A stretch of 64,000 bases of DNA, taken from NCBI RefSeq assembly GCF_963921235.1, contig NC_086097.1, forward strand, positions 252,714,001 through 252,778,000, read 5' to 3'. The DNA comes from Mobula hypostoma. Lineage: Eukaryota. The notes beneath the pieces are model-generated. The model was not told the origin of the DNA and did no database searches. It saw only the letters and a program-made list of their open reading frames with translations. Both the position numbers and the translations under genes were made by a program. Shown here piece by piece: positions 35,738 to 47,750 of the stretch. Positions within the stretch are counted from its first letter, which is position 1. Every line of letters begins with the position of its first letter.

Positions 35738-37040
35738 AAACACAAGGAAATCTGCAGATGCTGGAAATTCAAGCAACACACGCAAAATGCTGGTGAACGC
35801 AGCAGGCCAGGCAGCATCTATAGGAAGAAGTACAGTCGAAGTTTTGGGCCGAGACCCTTCGTCAGGACAAACTGAAAGAAGAGATAGTAAGAGATTTGAA
35901 AGTGGGAGGGGGAGGGGGAGATTCAAAATGATAGGAGAAGACAGGAGGGGGAGGGATGGAGCTAAGAGCTGGAAAGTTGATTGGCAAAAGGGATACAAGG
36001 CTGGAGAAGGGAGAGGATCATGGAACAGGAAGCCTGGGGAGAAAGAAAGGGGGAGGGGAGCCCAGAGAAAGATGGAGAGCAGGCAAGGAGTGATAGTGAG
36101 TGGGACAGAGAGAGAGAAAAAAAAGGGGAGGAATAAAAATAAATAAGGGGTGGAGTAAGAAGGGAAGAAGGAGCATTAACGGAAGTCAGAGAAATCAATG
36201 TTCATGCCATCAGGTTGGAGGCTACCCAGATGGAATATAAGGTGGTGTTCCTCCAACATGAGTGTGGCTTTATCTTGACAGTAGAGGAGGCCATGGATTG
36301 ACATGTCAGAATGGGAATGGGACGTGGAATTAAAATGTGTGGCCACTGGGAGATCCTGCTTTCTCTGGCGGACAGAGTGTAGGTGTTCAGCGAAACGGTC
36401 TCCCAGTCTGTGTCGGGTCTTGCCAATATATAGAAGGCCACATCGGGGGCACCGGACGCAGTATATCACCCCAGCCGACGGACAGGTGTAGTGTCGCCTC
36501 ACCTGGAAGGACTGTCTGAGGCCCTGAATGGTAGTGAGTGAGGAAGTGTAAGGGCATGTGTAGCACTTGTTCAGCTTACAAGGATAAGTGCCAGGAGGGA
36601 GATCGGTGGGGAGGGATGGGGGGGACGAATAGACAAGGGAGTCGCATATGGAGCGATCCCTGTGGAAAGCAGAAAGAGTGGGGAAGGGAAAGATGTGCTT
36701 ATTGGTGGGATCCCATTGGAGGTGGCGGAAGTTACGGAGAATAATATGTTGGACCTGGAGGCTGGTGGGGTGGTAGGTGAGGACCAGGGGAACCCTATTC
36801 CTAGTGGGGTGGCGGGAGGATGGGGTGAGTGCAGATGTGCATGAAATGGGGGAGGTGCGTTTGAGAACAGAGTTGATAGTGGAGGAAGGGAAGTCCCTTT
36901 CTTTAAAAAAGGAGGACATCTCCCTCGTCCTGGAATGAAAAGCCTCATCCTGAGAGCAGATGCGGCAGAGACGGAGGAATTGCGAGAAGGGGATGGCATT
37001 TTTGCAATTGACAGGGTGGGAAGAGGAATAGTCCAAGTAG
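35738..37040 (-). mobile_element. Penelope-like element, 5'-truncated (RT thumb, GIY-YIG endonuclease, terminal repeat)
   Basis: YLDYSSSHP..CKNAIPFSQFLRL.RICS; GVIYCVRCPRCGLLYIGKT...RFAEH; LQPDGMN. Confidence 0.93.
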
Positions 37041-37041
37041 T

Positions 37042-38515
37042 CCGTCCCCCAGTTTTCCTTTGCTACATCAACGACTGCATTGGCGCTGCTTCCTGCAAGC
37101 ATGCTGAGCTCGTTCACTTCATTAACTTTGCCTCCAACTTTCACCCTGCCCTCAAATTTACCTGGTCCATTTCCGACACCTTCCTCCCCTTTCTTGATCT
37201 TTCTGTCTCTATCTCTGGAGACAGCTTATCCACTGATGTCTACTATAAGCCTATTGACTCTCACAGCTATCTGGACTATTCCTCTTCCCACCCTATCTAT
37301 TGCAAAACTGCCATTCCCTTCTCGCAATTCCTCCGTCTCCGCCGCATCTGCTCTCAGGATGAGGCTTTTCATTCCAGGACGAAGGAGATATCCTCCTTTT
37401 TTAAAGAAAGGGGCTTCCCTTCCTCCACCATCAACTCTGCCCTCCAACGCATCTCCCCCATTTCACGCACTTCTGCTCTCACTCCATCCTCCCGCCATCC
37501 CACTAGGAATAGGGTTCCCCTGGTCCTCACCTACCACCCCACCAGCCTCCGGGTCCAACATATAATTCTCCGTAACTTCCGCCACCTCCAACGGGATCCC
37601 ACCACTAAGCACATCTTTCCCTCCCCCACTTTCTGCTTTCCACAGGGATCGCTCCCTATGCGACTCCCTTGTCCATTCTTCCCCCCCCCCATCCCTCCCC
37701 ACCGATCTCCCTCCTGCCACTTATCCTTGTAAGTGGAACAAGTGCTACACCTGCCCTTATACTTCCTCCCTCACCACCATTCAGGGCCCCAGACAGTCCT
37801 TCCAGGTGAGGCGACACTTCACCCGTGAGTTGGCTGGGGTGATATACTGCGTCCGGTGCTCCTGATGTGGCCTTTTATATATTGGTGAGACCCGACGCAG
37901 ACTGGGAGACCGTTTCACTGAACGCCTACGTTCTGTCCGCCAGAGAAAGCAGGATCTCCCAGTGGCCACCCATTTTATTTCCACATCCCATTCCCATTCT
38001 GACATGTCTATCCATGGCCTCCTCTACTGTAAAGATTGGAGGAACAATAACTTATATTCCGTCTGGGTAGCCTCCAACCTGATGGCATAGACATTGATTT
38101 CTCTAACTTCTGTTAATGCTCCTCCTCCCCTTCTTATCCCATCCCTTATATATTTTTATTGCCCCCTTTTTTTTCTCTTTCTGTTGTTCTCACTATCACT
38201 CCTTGCCTGCTCTCCATCTTCCTCTGGGCTCCCCTCCCCCTTTCTTTCTCCCCAGGCCTTCTGTCCCATGATCCTCTCCCTTCTCCAACACTGTATCCCT
38301 TTTGCCAATCACCTGTCCAGCTCTTGGCTCCATCCCTCCCCCTCCTGTCTTCTCCTATCATTTCGGATCTGCCCCTCCACCTCCCATTTTCAAATCTCTT
38401 ACTCTCTCTTCTTTCAGTTAGTCCTGGCGAAGGGTCTCGACCCGAAACTTCGACTGTACCTCTTCCTATAGATGTTGCCTGGCCTGCTGCGTTCCACCAG
38501 CATTTTGTGTGTGTT
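37042..38515 (+). mobile_element. Penelope-like element, 5'-truncated, inverted relative to 35738-37040
   Basis: FLCYINDCIG (degenerate YIDD), LPFLDL, YYKP.DSHSYLDYSSSHP; frameshifted GIY-YIG. Confidence 0.93.
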
Positions 38516-38518
38516 ACC

Positions 38519-39125
38519 TATATTTAAGGCTGAGGTTGATAGATTCTTGGTTGGCCAGGGCATGAAGGGATATAGAGAGGTGGGGAAGATTGGGGCTGAG
38601 AGGCAAAACAGATCAGCCATCATGAAATGGCCTAATTCTGCTTCTATATCTTAAGGCCTTATTCATTCCCGGAGTATTACTCGTGAACCTCCTTTGAACC
38701 CTCTCCATTTTCAGCACATCCCTTCGAAGATAATGGGCCCAAAACGATGCACAATACTCCAAATGAGGCTTCACCAGTGCTTAATAAAGTTTTGACATTA
38801 CATCCTTGCTTTTATATTCCAGTCCTCTTGAAATGAATGCCAACATCACATTTACCTTCCTCACCACAGACTCAACCTGCAAATTAACCTCAGGGAATCC
38901 TGCACAAGGGCTCCTAGGTCCCTTTGCAACTCGGAATTTTGAATTTTTCACTCCATTTAGAAAATACTCTATGCTTTTATTTCTGCTACCAATGTGTGTA
39001 TTCTTCTGACAATGTGTTCCATCTGTCACTTCTTTGCCTATTCTTCCATTCTGTCTAATCCTTCTCCAGACTCCCTGCTTCTTCAACACTACCTGCCCTT
39101 CCACCTACCTTTGTATCATCTGTAA
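38519..39125. mobile_element. CR1 fragments
   Basis: CR1 3' UTR on plus, then NLQVESVVRK..MLAFISRGLEY on minus. Confidence 0.8.
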
Positions 39126-39519
39126 ACGTGCAACAGGGTCATCTATCCCGTAACCCCTTGGGAGAACACCATACTCAACTTGAGTGATCACAGATTGTAA
39201 AACCACTTACCCTGGCCTTTTTCATTGGATTTATGTCATTTAATCGTACATCCTCCAAACCAGGGAGCATCTGCATCCCCTGTCTATCTACACTTCACCA
39301 TCTCTGGCACCAAGAACAGAGTTCCTTGACTTTGAAGTGGTTTAGAAAAAAAACTATGAATAAAAACGAATCAACAGCCCAAAGCATTTAAACATTTTAA
39401 TGTGCATCACATAATATATTTTGCTTCAGATATGCCTGGAGCGCAGTAAAGGTTTAATTAGGAACCCATTAAAATAAAGAAGAGCGCCTTTAATACCGTG
39501 GCGAGGACATCTCACAGAA

Positions 39520-39845
39520 ACACCAGAGTTTCTGCAGATGCTGGAAATCCAGAGCAACACAAACCAAATGCTGTCGGGGCTCAGCAGGTCAGGCAGCATC
39601 AATGCAGAGGAATTAACAGTCGATGTCTCAGGCTGAGACCCTTCATCAGGACTAGAAAGTAGGTGGGAAGAAGGTGGGGGAGTGGGCGGAGCAGGTGATT
39701 GGTGAGACGAGGTGGATGGGTGAAATAACAAACTGGAAGGTGATAGGTGGAAAAATGTAAAGAGCTGAAGAAGAAGCAATCCAATTGGAAAGGAGAGCAC
39801 ACCATGGGAGAACGTGAAGGGGGAGGGATCCAGAGGGAGTTGCGG
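39520..39845 (-). mobile_element. Penelope terminal fragment with degenerate hammerhead at 39617-39655
   Basis: Minus strand AGTCCTGATGAAGGGTCTCAGCCTGAGACATCGACTG; TCTGCAGATGCTGGAAAT end shared with 35750. Confidence 0.75.
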
Positions 39846-40277
39846 GCAATTGCAGTAAAAAGTACAATGGAATCGATGAGAAAATACACACAAAGACCGA
39901 CAAACAATCACATGGAAAAGAAGACAAACTTTACAAATGGAAAAAAACTGAATTATTTATTTATTTCGAGATACAGTGTGGAGCAGGACCTTTTGGTCCA
40001 ACGGGACACACTGCCCAGCAACCCACCGATTTAACCCCGCCCGGCCTAATCATGGGACAATTTACAAAGACCAATTAACCAATTAAACGGTACGTCTGGC
40101 ATGTGGGAGGAACCGGGAAAATAATAAATAAATAATCGTGAAAATACCCTTGGCCTGTATTATAATTCTCACCGGTCCCCGGTTACCAATCGCTCATGTG
40201 CTCTCTGTGCTACTATGGCTTCTGGTCGGGCAATGTTTGTTTTAAAGTTCCCCTCCCACTTCATATCCACTCCAACA

Positions 40278-41170
40278 CCTTTACCCTCTGCACGTTTTGT
40301 CACAACCGTGGACACTGCCACGGAGTCCGGGCGCTCTCGCTGGCGGGCAGCTGAAAGAAGTCAGCAATCACGCACGTGAGAATGTACACATTCCAGCCAG
40401 TTAGGGATTCTTTGTCATTGTATTTAAAACTTCTTCCTTTCGTTTCCTTCCTGTCAGGTCTTGATCAAAGCACAGTGATGACAACGTTCCCTGCTCACCT
40501 GAGTCCATGTTCCAGGAATGCAGGTTGGTGATTTAGCTAGACGCTGTTAAAGGAGCGGTATAAATTTATTTCCATGTTACTAATTTTGCCGCAGTGACAG
40601 CATTGGGTTTTAGTTAGTTTCAGAGTTTAGTTATCGGCACTGTTGGCCTGGCATCTATTATTTTCCTTTGTTCTGTACAGTTCTCATGAAAACTCAGAGA
40701 ACAGTTCATTCCATGTCTGTGTCTCTCCCTCTCCCTCACTGAACTCCTGTCGAGGATGGTTAACTGTTCACTCTGTGTCTCTCCCTCTCCCTCACTGAAC
40801 TCCTGTCGAGGATGGTTAACTGTTCACTCTGTATCTCTCCCTCTCCCTCACTGAACTCCTGTCGAGGGTGGTTAACTGTTCACTCTGTGCCTCTCCCTCT
40901 CCCTCATTGAACTCCTGTCGAGGGTGGTTAACTGTTCACTCTGTGTCTCTCCCTCTCCCTCACTGAACTCCTGTTGAGGGTGGTTAACTGTTCACTCTGT
41001 ATCTCTCCCTCTCCCTCACTGAACTCTTGTCGAGGATGGTTAACTGTTCACTCTGTGTCTCTCCCTCTCCCTCACTGAACTCCTGTCAAGGATGGTTAAC
41101 TATTCGTTCTGCACCCATGTCTCTCCCTCACTGAACTTGTGTCTCTTGTCCTCATCTGCACACCCTGATG
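40278..41170 (+). mobile_element. Possible degenerate solo LTR
   Basis: Starts TGTCACAACC; TATA-like TATTTAAA near 40421; right end and TSD not resolved. Confidence 0.3.
40706..41140. repeat. 56-bp tandem repeat, about 7.5 copies
   Basis: GAACTCCTG recurs every 56 bp from 40741. Confidence 0.95.
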
Positions 41171-41329
41171 AGTAAGCCCAGTGTTCTGTACAGCCGGACA
41201 TACCTCAGTCCACTATTGGCAGGCCTGCCTTCGCAGCAGTCATGGTCTGGAAATGTAGCCAGCATTTACACGGCGCCTTTTGGCAATAAGGAATAATTTT
41301 GGAACAAAATCTGATTCTAAGATCCATGC

Positions 41330-42440
41330 AAGCTGATAGGGTGTAAAGAAGAGTGACCTTCATTAGTTGAGGGATTCAGTTCAAGGGCAATGAAGCAATG
41401 TTGCAGCTCTATAAAACCCTGGTTTGACCATACTGCAAATTAGGAGAATGAGGGGGGGGACTCTAATTGAAATCTGTCAAATAATGATACATCTGATGTG
41501 GAGAGGATGTTTGCTATAGTCGGGGAGAGTAGAATCAGAGGATACAACCTCAGAATAGAGGGACGTCCATTTAGAATGGATATACGGAAGAATTTCTTTT
41601 AGCCAGAGGGTGGTGAATTGTGGAATTCCTTGGCGTGGACAGCTGTGGATGCCAAGTCATTGAGTATATTTAAGGTGGAAGTTGATAGGATCATGATGAG
41701 AAAAGGCATGAAGGGTTACAGGGAGAAGACAGGAGAGTGAGGTTGAGAGGGAAATGGATCAGCCATGATGGAATGGTGGAGCAATGGCCTACTTTTGCTC
41801 CTGATGGTCTTATAATTTTTGTATAGGATTTGCCACTAAAATGGAAACAGCCAATTTTAAAAACATTATTGGTTAAAATGCCATTTTCTTTCAAGATGCC
41901 AGTGGGCATCCATCTAATACCAGAAAATAAACATCTAATACCAGCAGGAGTCCATCTGATACCAGAGAATAAACATCTAATACCAGCAGGCATCCATCTG
42001 ATACCAGCAGGCAAGCATCTGGGACCAGAAAGTAAACAAATAATACCAACAGGCAAACATCTAATACCAGCAGGTGTCCATCTAATACCAGAGGGACAGG
42101 CATATAATACTAGCGGGCATGTGTTTAATATCAGTTGGTGTGCATCTAATATCAGTGGGCATGCATTTAAGGTGAGAGGAGCTAATTTCAAAGGAGATGT
42201 GAGAGGTAGGGTCTTTTACACAGCGGGGGTGGGTGCTGGAATGTGCTGCCTGGGGTGGGGGTCGAGGCAGGTACATTAGAGACTTTACAGAGACATTTTG
42301 ACAGGCATGTGAATGTGAGGAATATGGAAGTATATGGACATTGTGTAGGCAGAAGGGCTTGGTTCAGTTGGCTTTTGATTACTAATTTAATTGGTTCAGC
42401 ACAACAAATGGCCTGTTCCTGTGCTGTACTGTTCTGTGTC
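41330..42440 (+). mobile_element. CR1 3' fragments
   Basis: CR1 ORF2 end and 3' UTR; GHAFKVRG..FKGDVRG. Confidence 0.75.
41897..42163. repeat. 21-bp tandem repeat, about 12 copies
   Basis: CATCTAATACCAGCAGG... units, translated as HLIPAG repeats. Confidence 0.9.
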
Positions 42441-43147
42441 TGATACTGAAACCAGACTTCACTTCTGCCTCTTTCCCTCGTGTACAATGTGGAAAATGAG
42501 AATTGATACCTTTTACTTATTACATTCCCCAGACCCTTTTTCCCTGGCTAGTGTCATTATTCAGGCTGTGTTTCAGAACAGACCTGCAATACAGTTTGAG
42601 AAAGTTACACAATATTCTAGATAAGGACATCATCTCTGATATTTCCGGAGAGTTTCTGTGTTTCTAGATAAGAATAAGTTTTCACTGTTTAGCTGACATT
42701 ATAATCACCTCAGTTCTCTCAATGTCACTCTCAAAGACTGAGTTTTTCAAAGTTCAAAGTAAATTTATTATCAAAGTACATATATGTCACCATACACAAC
42801 CCTGAGATTCGTTTTCTTGTGGGCATTCATAGTAAATACAAAGAAACAAAAAAAAGAATCAATGAAAAACAGCACACAAGACAGACACACAAACGGTGTG
42901 CAAAAGACAACAAACTGCAAATGCAGAAGCAAAACTAATAATCATAATAATAATAAATAAATAAGCAATAAATATCAAGCATATGAGATGAAGAGTCCAT
43001 AGGTGTGTGAACAGTTCAGTGAAGTTCAGATAGCCGAAAATATCTCCATGATCTCCATCAGCACAGATGTACCACCGGTCTGTGTGCTTCACTCCTGCTC
43101 CACTCACTTTACACCTGTGACTGCATGGCTAAGCACATCTATAATGC

Positions 43148-44413
43148 TGTAGCGATGTGCTGGCGCCGAACTGCAGCTGCACTGTGTGGGTGCCGTAGGT
43201 CCGAACCGTGCTGCCGTTTGCGGCCCTCAGGGTGGGTCCCGGCTCCCTGTTGCAGCTGTCGTACCCTTTCGGGGGTAAGACGCTGATTTCCGCTCCGGTG
43301 TCGACTGAGAAGCGGCGTCCCAGTTGTTAGTCCCAGACGTACAGGAGGCTGTCCCGGTGGCCAGCCACTGTAGCCATTAGTGGTGGCTGGCCCTGGCGTT
43401 TCCCGGGAACTTGCAGGACGGGCGACAACGGCGGGCCTCTGTGCCCCACCGCTGGTGGTAGAAACACCACTATTCATTGGCCTCCTCACTCCTGCCTCTG
43501 GGTTGTGTGCGCTCTGTTGCCGGGCCTGGTCTGGCCTGCTGTTGGGCACGTGGCTTGGTAATTTGTCGGACGGATGCCCCACTCTCCCTCTTGGCTTTCC
43601 ACAGCACATCTGCCTGAGCCGCTACCTTCCGGGGATCACTGAAATCTGTGTTGGCCAGCAGCAGATGTATGTCCTCGGGCCGTTGTTCTAGGAACGCCTG
43701 CTCAAACAAGAGGCAGGGCTTGTGTCCTTCAGCCAGGGCCAGCATCTTGTTCATTAATGCTGACGGCGGCCTGTCTCCTAAGCCGTCCAGGTGCAGCAAG
43801 TGGGCACCCCACTCACACTGTGAGAGGCCAAAGGTCTCTATGAGCAGTGCTTTGAATGTTGCATATTTGCCTTCTTCGGGGGGGGGGGTGACAGTATGAA
43901 ATCCCCAACTCGTGCGGCTGTCTCCTGGTCAAGGGAGCTCACCACGTAATAGTAACGTGTGGAATCCAAAGATTATCTGCCGAATCTGGAACTGGGCTTC
44001 TGCTTGGTCAAACCACACGCGTGGTCGCAGCGTCCAGGAAGTTGGCAGTTTTAGCGAAACTGCGTGAACAGATGAAGAGTCGATCATCTTTGGTCCAAAT
44101 CCCGTTTGGACCGTCGGGGTCACCAATGTAGCGATGTGCTACACACAGAGCTAGAAATAATGACACGCAGTCTGTAAGTCGCACTCGAGACTCGTTTATT
44201 CAAACTTCGCGGCACTGGCTTTTACGCAGTTCTGTTCCTGCCCTCTCCGGGCGGAAATGACATCAGAGGTGCATTACAAAAGTCTCTTCCCACGCGCGGG
44301 CTTTCCCCCCTTGCTGGTGAAGAAGAAGGCCCAGCGCCATTTTGGGGCTGGCCTCTCTGCTGACGTGCGTTTTTTGTGAGCCAGTTCACCCGCGTAGAAA
44401 GTGGGTCGCCACA
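43148..44413 (-). mobile_element. CsRn1/Kabuki-like Gypsy element, internally deleted, inserted in a Rex1 RT remnant
   Basis: 5' LTR 44127-44413; PBS TGGTGACCCCGACG (tRNA-Trp) at 44112-44125; gag VSLKLP..W...P..WF.QAEAQF and GLGDRPPS; protease remnant VDTGAEIS; TSD ATGC at 43144-43147 and 44414-44417. Confidence 0.9.
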
Positions 44414-44644
44414 ATGCCCTGTTTAAGTTTGCTGACAACACTGCTGTCACTGGCTGGTGACGAATCAGCATATAGGAGGGAGACCGAGAATCTGGCTGAG
44501 TGATGTCACAGCAAAACCCCTCAATGTCAGCAAGACCAAGGAGATGATGATTGACCTCGGGAGAAGTAAACCAGAGATCCATGAGCCAGTCTTTGGAGAA
44601 TCAGAAGGGAGGGTCAGCAACTTTAAATTCTTCTGTGTTAGTAT

Positions 44645-44845
44645 TTCCCCTCTCCCAGTTTCACATATCACTCAGCACCTTCTACTTCTTCCTCCCCTCC
44701 CTTCACCTTCTTAGTCACCTTTCTCCTCTTTTTTTCCAGTCCTGATGAAGGGTCTCGGCCTGAAACGCTGACTGTTTATTCCTCTCCAGAATGCTGGCTG
44801 GCCTGCTGAGCTGCCCCCACCACGTTTTGTGTGGGTTGTGTTTGT
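44645..44845 (+). mobile_element. Penelope terminal fragment with hammerhead-like motif at 44737-44774
   Basis: CAGTCCTGATGAAGGGTCTCGGCCTGAAACGCTGACTG. Confidence 0.75.
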
Positions 44846-45589
44846 GTAACTTCCCTCAACTGTTCCCACAACCTATGGACTCACATTCAAGGACTCTTCG
44901 TCTCATGTCCTTTATTCTATTGCTTATTTATTTATTTATTTATTATTATTATTATTTCTTCTTTTTGTATTTCTATAGTTCGTTGTCTTTTGCACACTGA
45001 TTGTCCATCCCGTTGGGTGGGTCTTTCGTTGATTCTAATGTTGGAAGTACTGAGTATGCTGACAAGAAAATGAATCTCAGGATTGAATATGGAGACATAT
45101 ATGTACTTTGATAATAAATATACTTTGAACTTTGAAGTTAGGTGAAGTTATTCACGCTGGTTCAAGAATCTGATGGTTGAGGGGTAATAACTGTTCCTGA
45201 GCCTTGTGCTGTGAGTCCTGAGGCTCCTGAACCTCCTTCCTGATGGCAGCAGTGAGGAGAGAGCATGGGTAGGGTGATGAGCATTTGATTCCATTGTCGT
45301 GCTTACCCAGCACCGTCATTCTCTGTGATAATCATCCATTGTGTCCGATGAAGACAGTTGTTCTGTTATGATGGCTGTGGTGTTCAGGTCTGGAGCAGCA
45401 AGGGCAGGAGATCTGACTCAGCTTCAGGATTTGTTGCCGTAGCCTTCCATCGCTCTCAGGCACCCAACAGGTTTGCACCGTGCCTCTCCTCAAAATGGCC
45501 ATGGGCGAATCTTACTGAGACACACCATCCACTCCGGTCGTGTGCACGCTGTTCAAGCCGCTTCACCCCACTCACTCCACCCACCTCAA

Positions 45590-46175
45590 AACTGAACTGA
45601 CTCGATGGCTGTAGACTGCAACTGTGAGCACTCACCTCAGTGTTAAACTGACTGTGGCTATGGCCTACAGCCAATAACACCTCAGTGTTAAACTGACCGT
45701 AGCTAAGGCCTACAGCCATCAACACTCACCTCAGTGTTAAACTGACTGTAGCTGTGACCTACAACCATCAGAACTCTCCTCAGTGTTAAACTGACTGTAG
45801 CTGTGGCCTACAACCATAAGCACTCACCTCAGTGGTAATCTGACTGTAGCTATAACCTACAACCACTGGCGATCACCTCAATGTTAAACCGACTTTAGCA
45901 GTGGCCTACAACAATTGGTCCTAACCTTAGTGTTAAACTGACTGTAGCTGTGGCCTACAACCATCAGCACTCAGCTCAGTGTTAAACTGACTGTAAGTGT
46001 AGTCTGTATCCACTGGCACTCAGCTCTGTGTTAATCTGACTGTAGCTGTGGCCTAGGCCTACAATCATCCGCACTCAGCTCAGTGTTAAACTGACTGTAG
46101 CTGTGGCCTACAACCATCAGCACTCAGCTGTGTGTTAATCTGACTGTAGCTGTGGCCTACAACCATCAGCACTCC
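45590..46175. repeat. About 49-bp tandem repeat, about 12 diverged copies
   Basis: Unit ACTCACCTCAGTGTTAAACTGACTGTAGCTGTGGCCTACAACCATCAGC. Confidence 0.93.
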
Positions 46176-47750
46176 ATGGAGCGTGAAAGAGTAAGAGGGG
46201 CGATTTGATAGAGGTGTACAAAATGAGGTTGTATTATTAGCATAAATGTAAGCAGGGTTTTGCACTGAGATTTGTGAGACCAGAGCTAGAGGTCATGGTT
46301 TAAGGGTGAAAGGTGAAAAGGTTAAGGGGAGCATGAGGGGGAAGTTCTTCACTCAAAGGGTTGTGAGAGAGTGGAAAGAGCTACCAGTGCAACTGGTCAA
46401 TGCAATTTCAATTTCAACATTTATGAGTTGTTTGGATAGGGACATGGATTGAAGAGATATGATCCTAGTGCAATTTGACTGTCCTAGACAAATTAATAGT
46501 TTGGCATGGACTAGATGGGCTGAAGGGCCTGTTTCTATACCCTAATGCTCTATCACTCTATTAAATTAAAAACTAGCAGCGCTGTGGTCAGTTAATTGTT
46601 GCACATTAATTGAATTCCACACACATTCCCCTGCGCTATTCTGCTTGATCTGTACAGTACATCTAAAGATTTGATGAGTAGCTTCATTTATCACAGTGAA
46701 ATGCATTGTTTGCGTCAACGACCAACACAGTCCGAGGATGTGTTGGTGGCAACCCGTAAGTGTCGCCATGATTTCAAAGCCCACAATGTACTAGCCCTAA
46801 CCTGCACGTCTGGAATGTGTGAAGAAAACAGAGAACCCGAAGGAAATCCACAAGATCATTGTGGTACCGTACAAAGTCCTTAAGACAGCAGTGGGAATTC
46901 CTTTTTCATAGCTGTTGCCTGGCCTGCTGAATTCCTCCTGCCTTTTGTGTGTTTTGGTAAAGAAGGTGTATGGCATGCTTATCTTCCTCTGTCGGAGGAT
47001 TCGGAATGAAAGTTGGCAAGTCATGTTGCAGGTATATACAGCATTGTTTAGACCATAGGAGCAGAATTAGGTCACTTGGCCCATCAAATCTGCTCCGCCA
47101 TTTCATAGTAGTTGATCCCTCTCAAACCCAATCTCCTGCCTTCCCCCCACCATCGTATCCCTTCATGTCCCAAGCAATCAAGAATCTATCAACCTCTGCC
47201 CTAAATATACATAAAGACATGGCCTCCACAGCTGCCTGTGGCAATGAATTCCATAGATTCACCATTCTCCGGCTAAAGAAATTGCTCCTCATCTGTTCTA
47301 AAAGGACGCCTCTCTATTCTGAGGCTGTGTCCTATAGCCTTAGACTCCCTTGCCATAGGAAACATCCTTTCCACATCCACTCTATCGAGGCCTTTCAAAG
47401 TTTGACAGGTTTCAATGAGATCACCCCTCATTCTCCCAGTGAGTAGAAGCCCAGAGCTGTCGAACGCTCCTCATGTGATAAGCCTTTCAATCCCGGAGTT
47501 ATTTTTGTGAACTTCCTTTGAACTCTCTCCAATGTCAGCATATACTTTCTTAGATAAGCAGCCAAACCTGCTGACAATAGTCCAAGTGAAGGCTCACTAG
47601 TGCTTTATAAATTTTCAACATTACATCCTTGCTTTTATATTCCAGCTGTCTCAAAATGAATGTTAACATTGCATTTGCCATCTTCTCCACCAACTCACCT
47701 GCAAATGAACATGTATGGAATTCTGCACGGGGACTCCCAATTTCCTCTGC
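46176..47750. mobile_element. CR1 fragments (46176-46560 plus; 47050-47750 minus) with SINE remnants between
   Basis: RGDLIEVYK and TRGH motifs; antisense CR1 3' end. Confidence 0.75.

Noticed and set aside
39211..39280. Coding exon MQMLPGLEDVRLNDINPMKKAR on minus
   Set aside because: MLPGLE resembles a CR1 remnant, and joining it to the next candidate exon gives an early stop
46970..47446. Recurrent ORFs containing ASTAVCGNEFHRFT as a host gene family
   Set aside because: These are antisense readings of the CR1 ORF2 3' end
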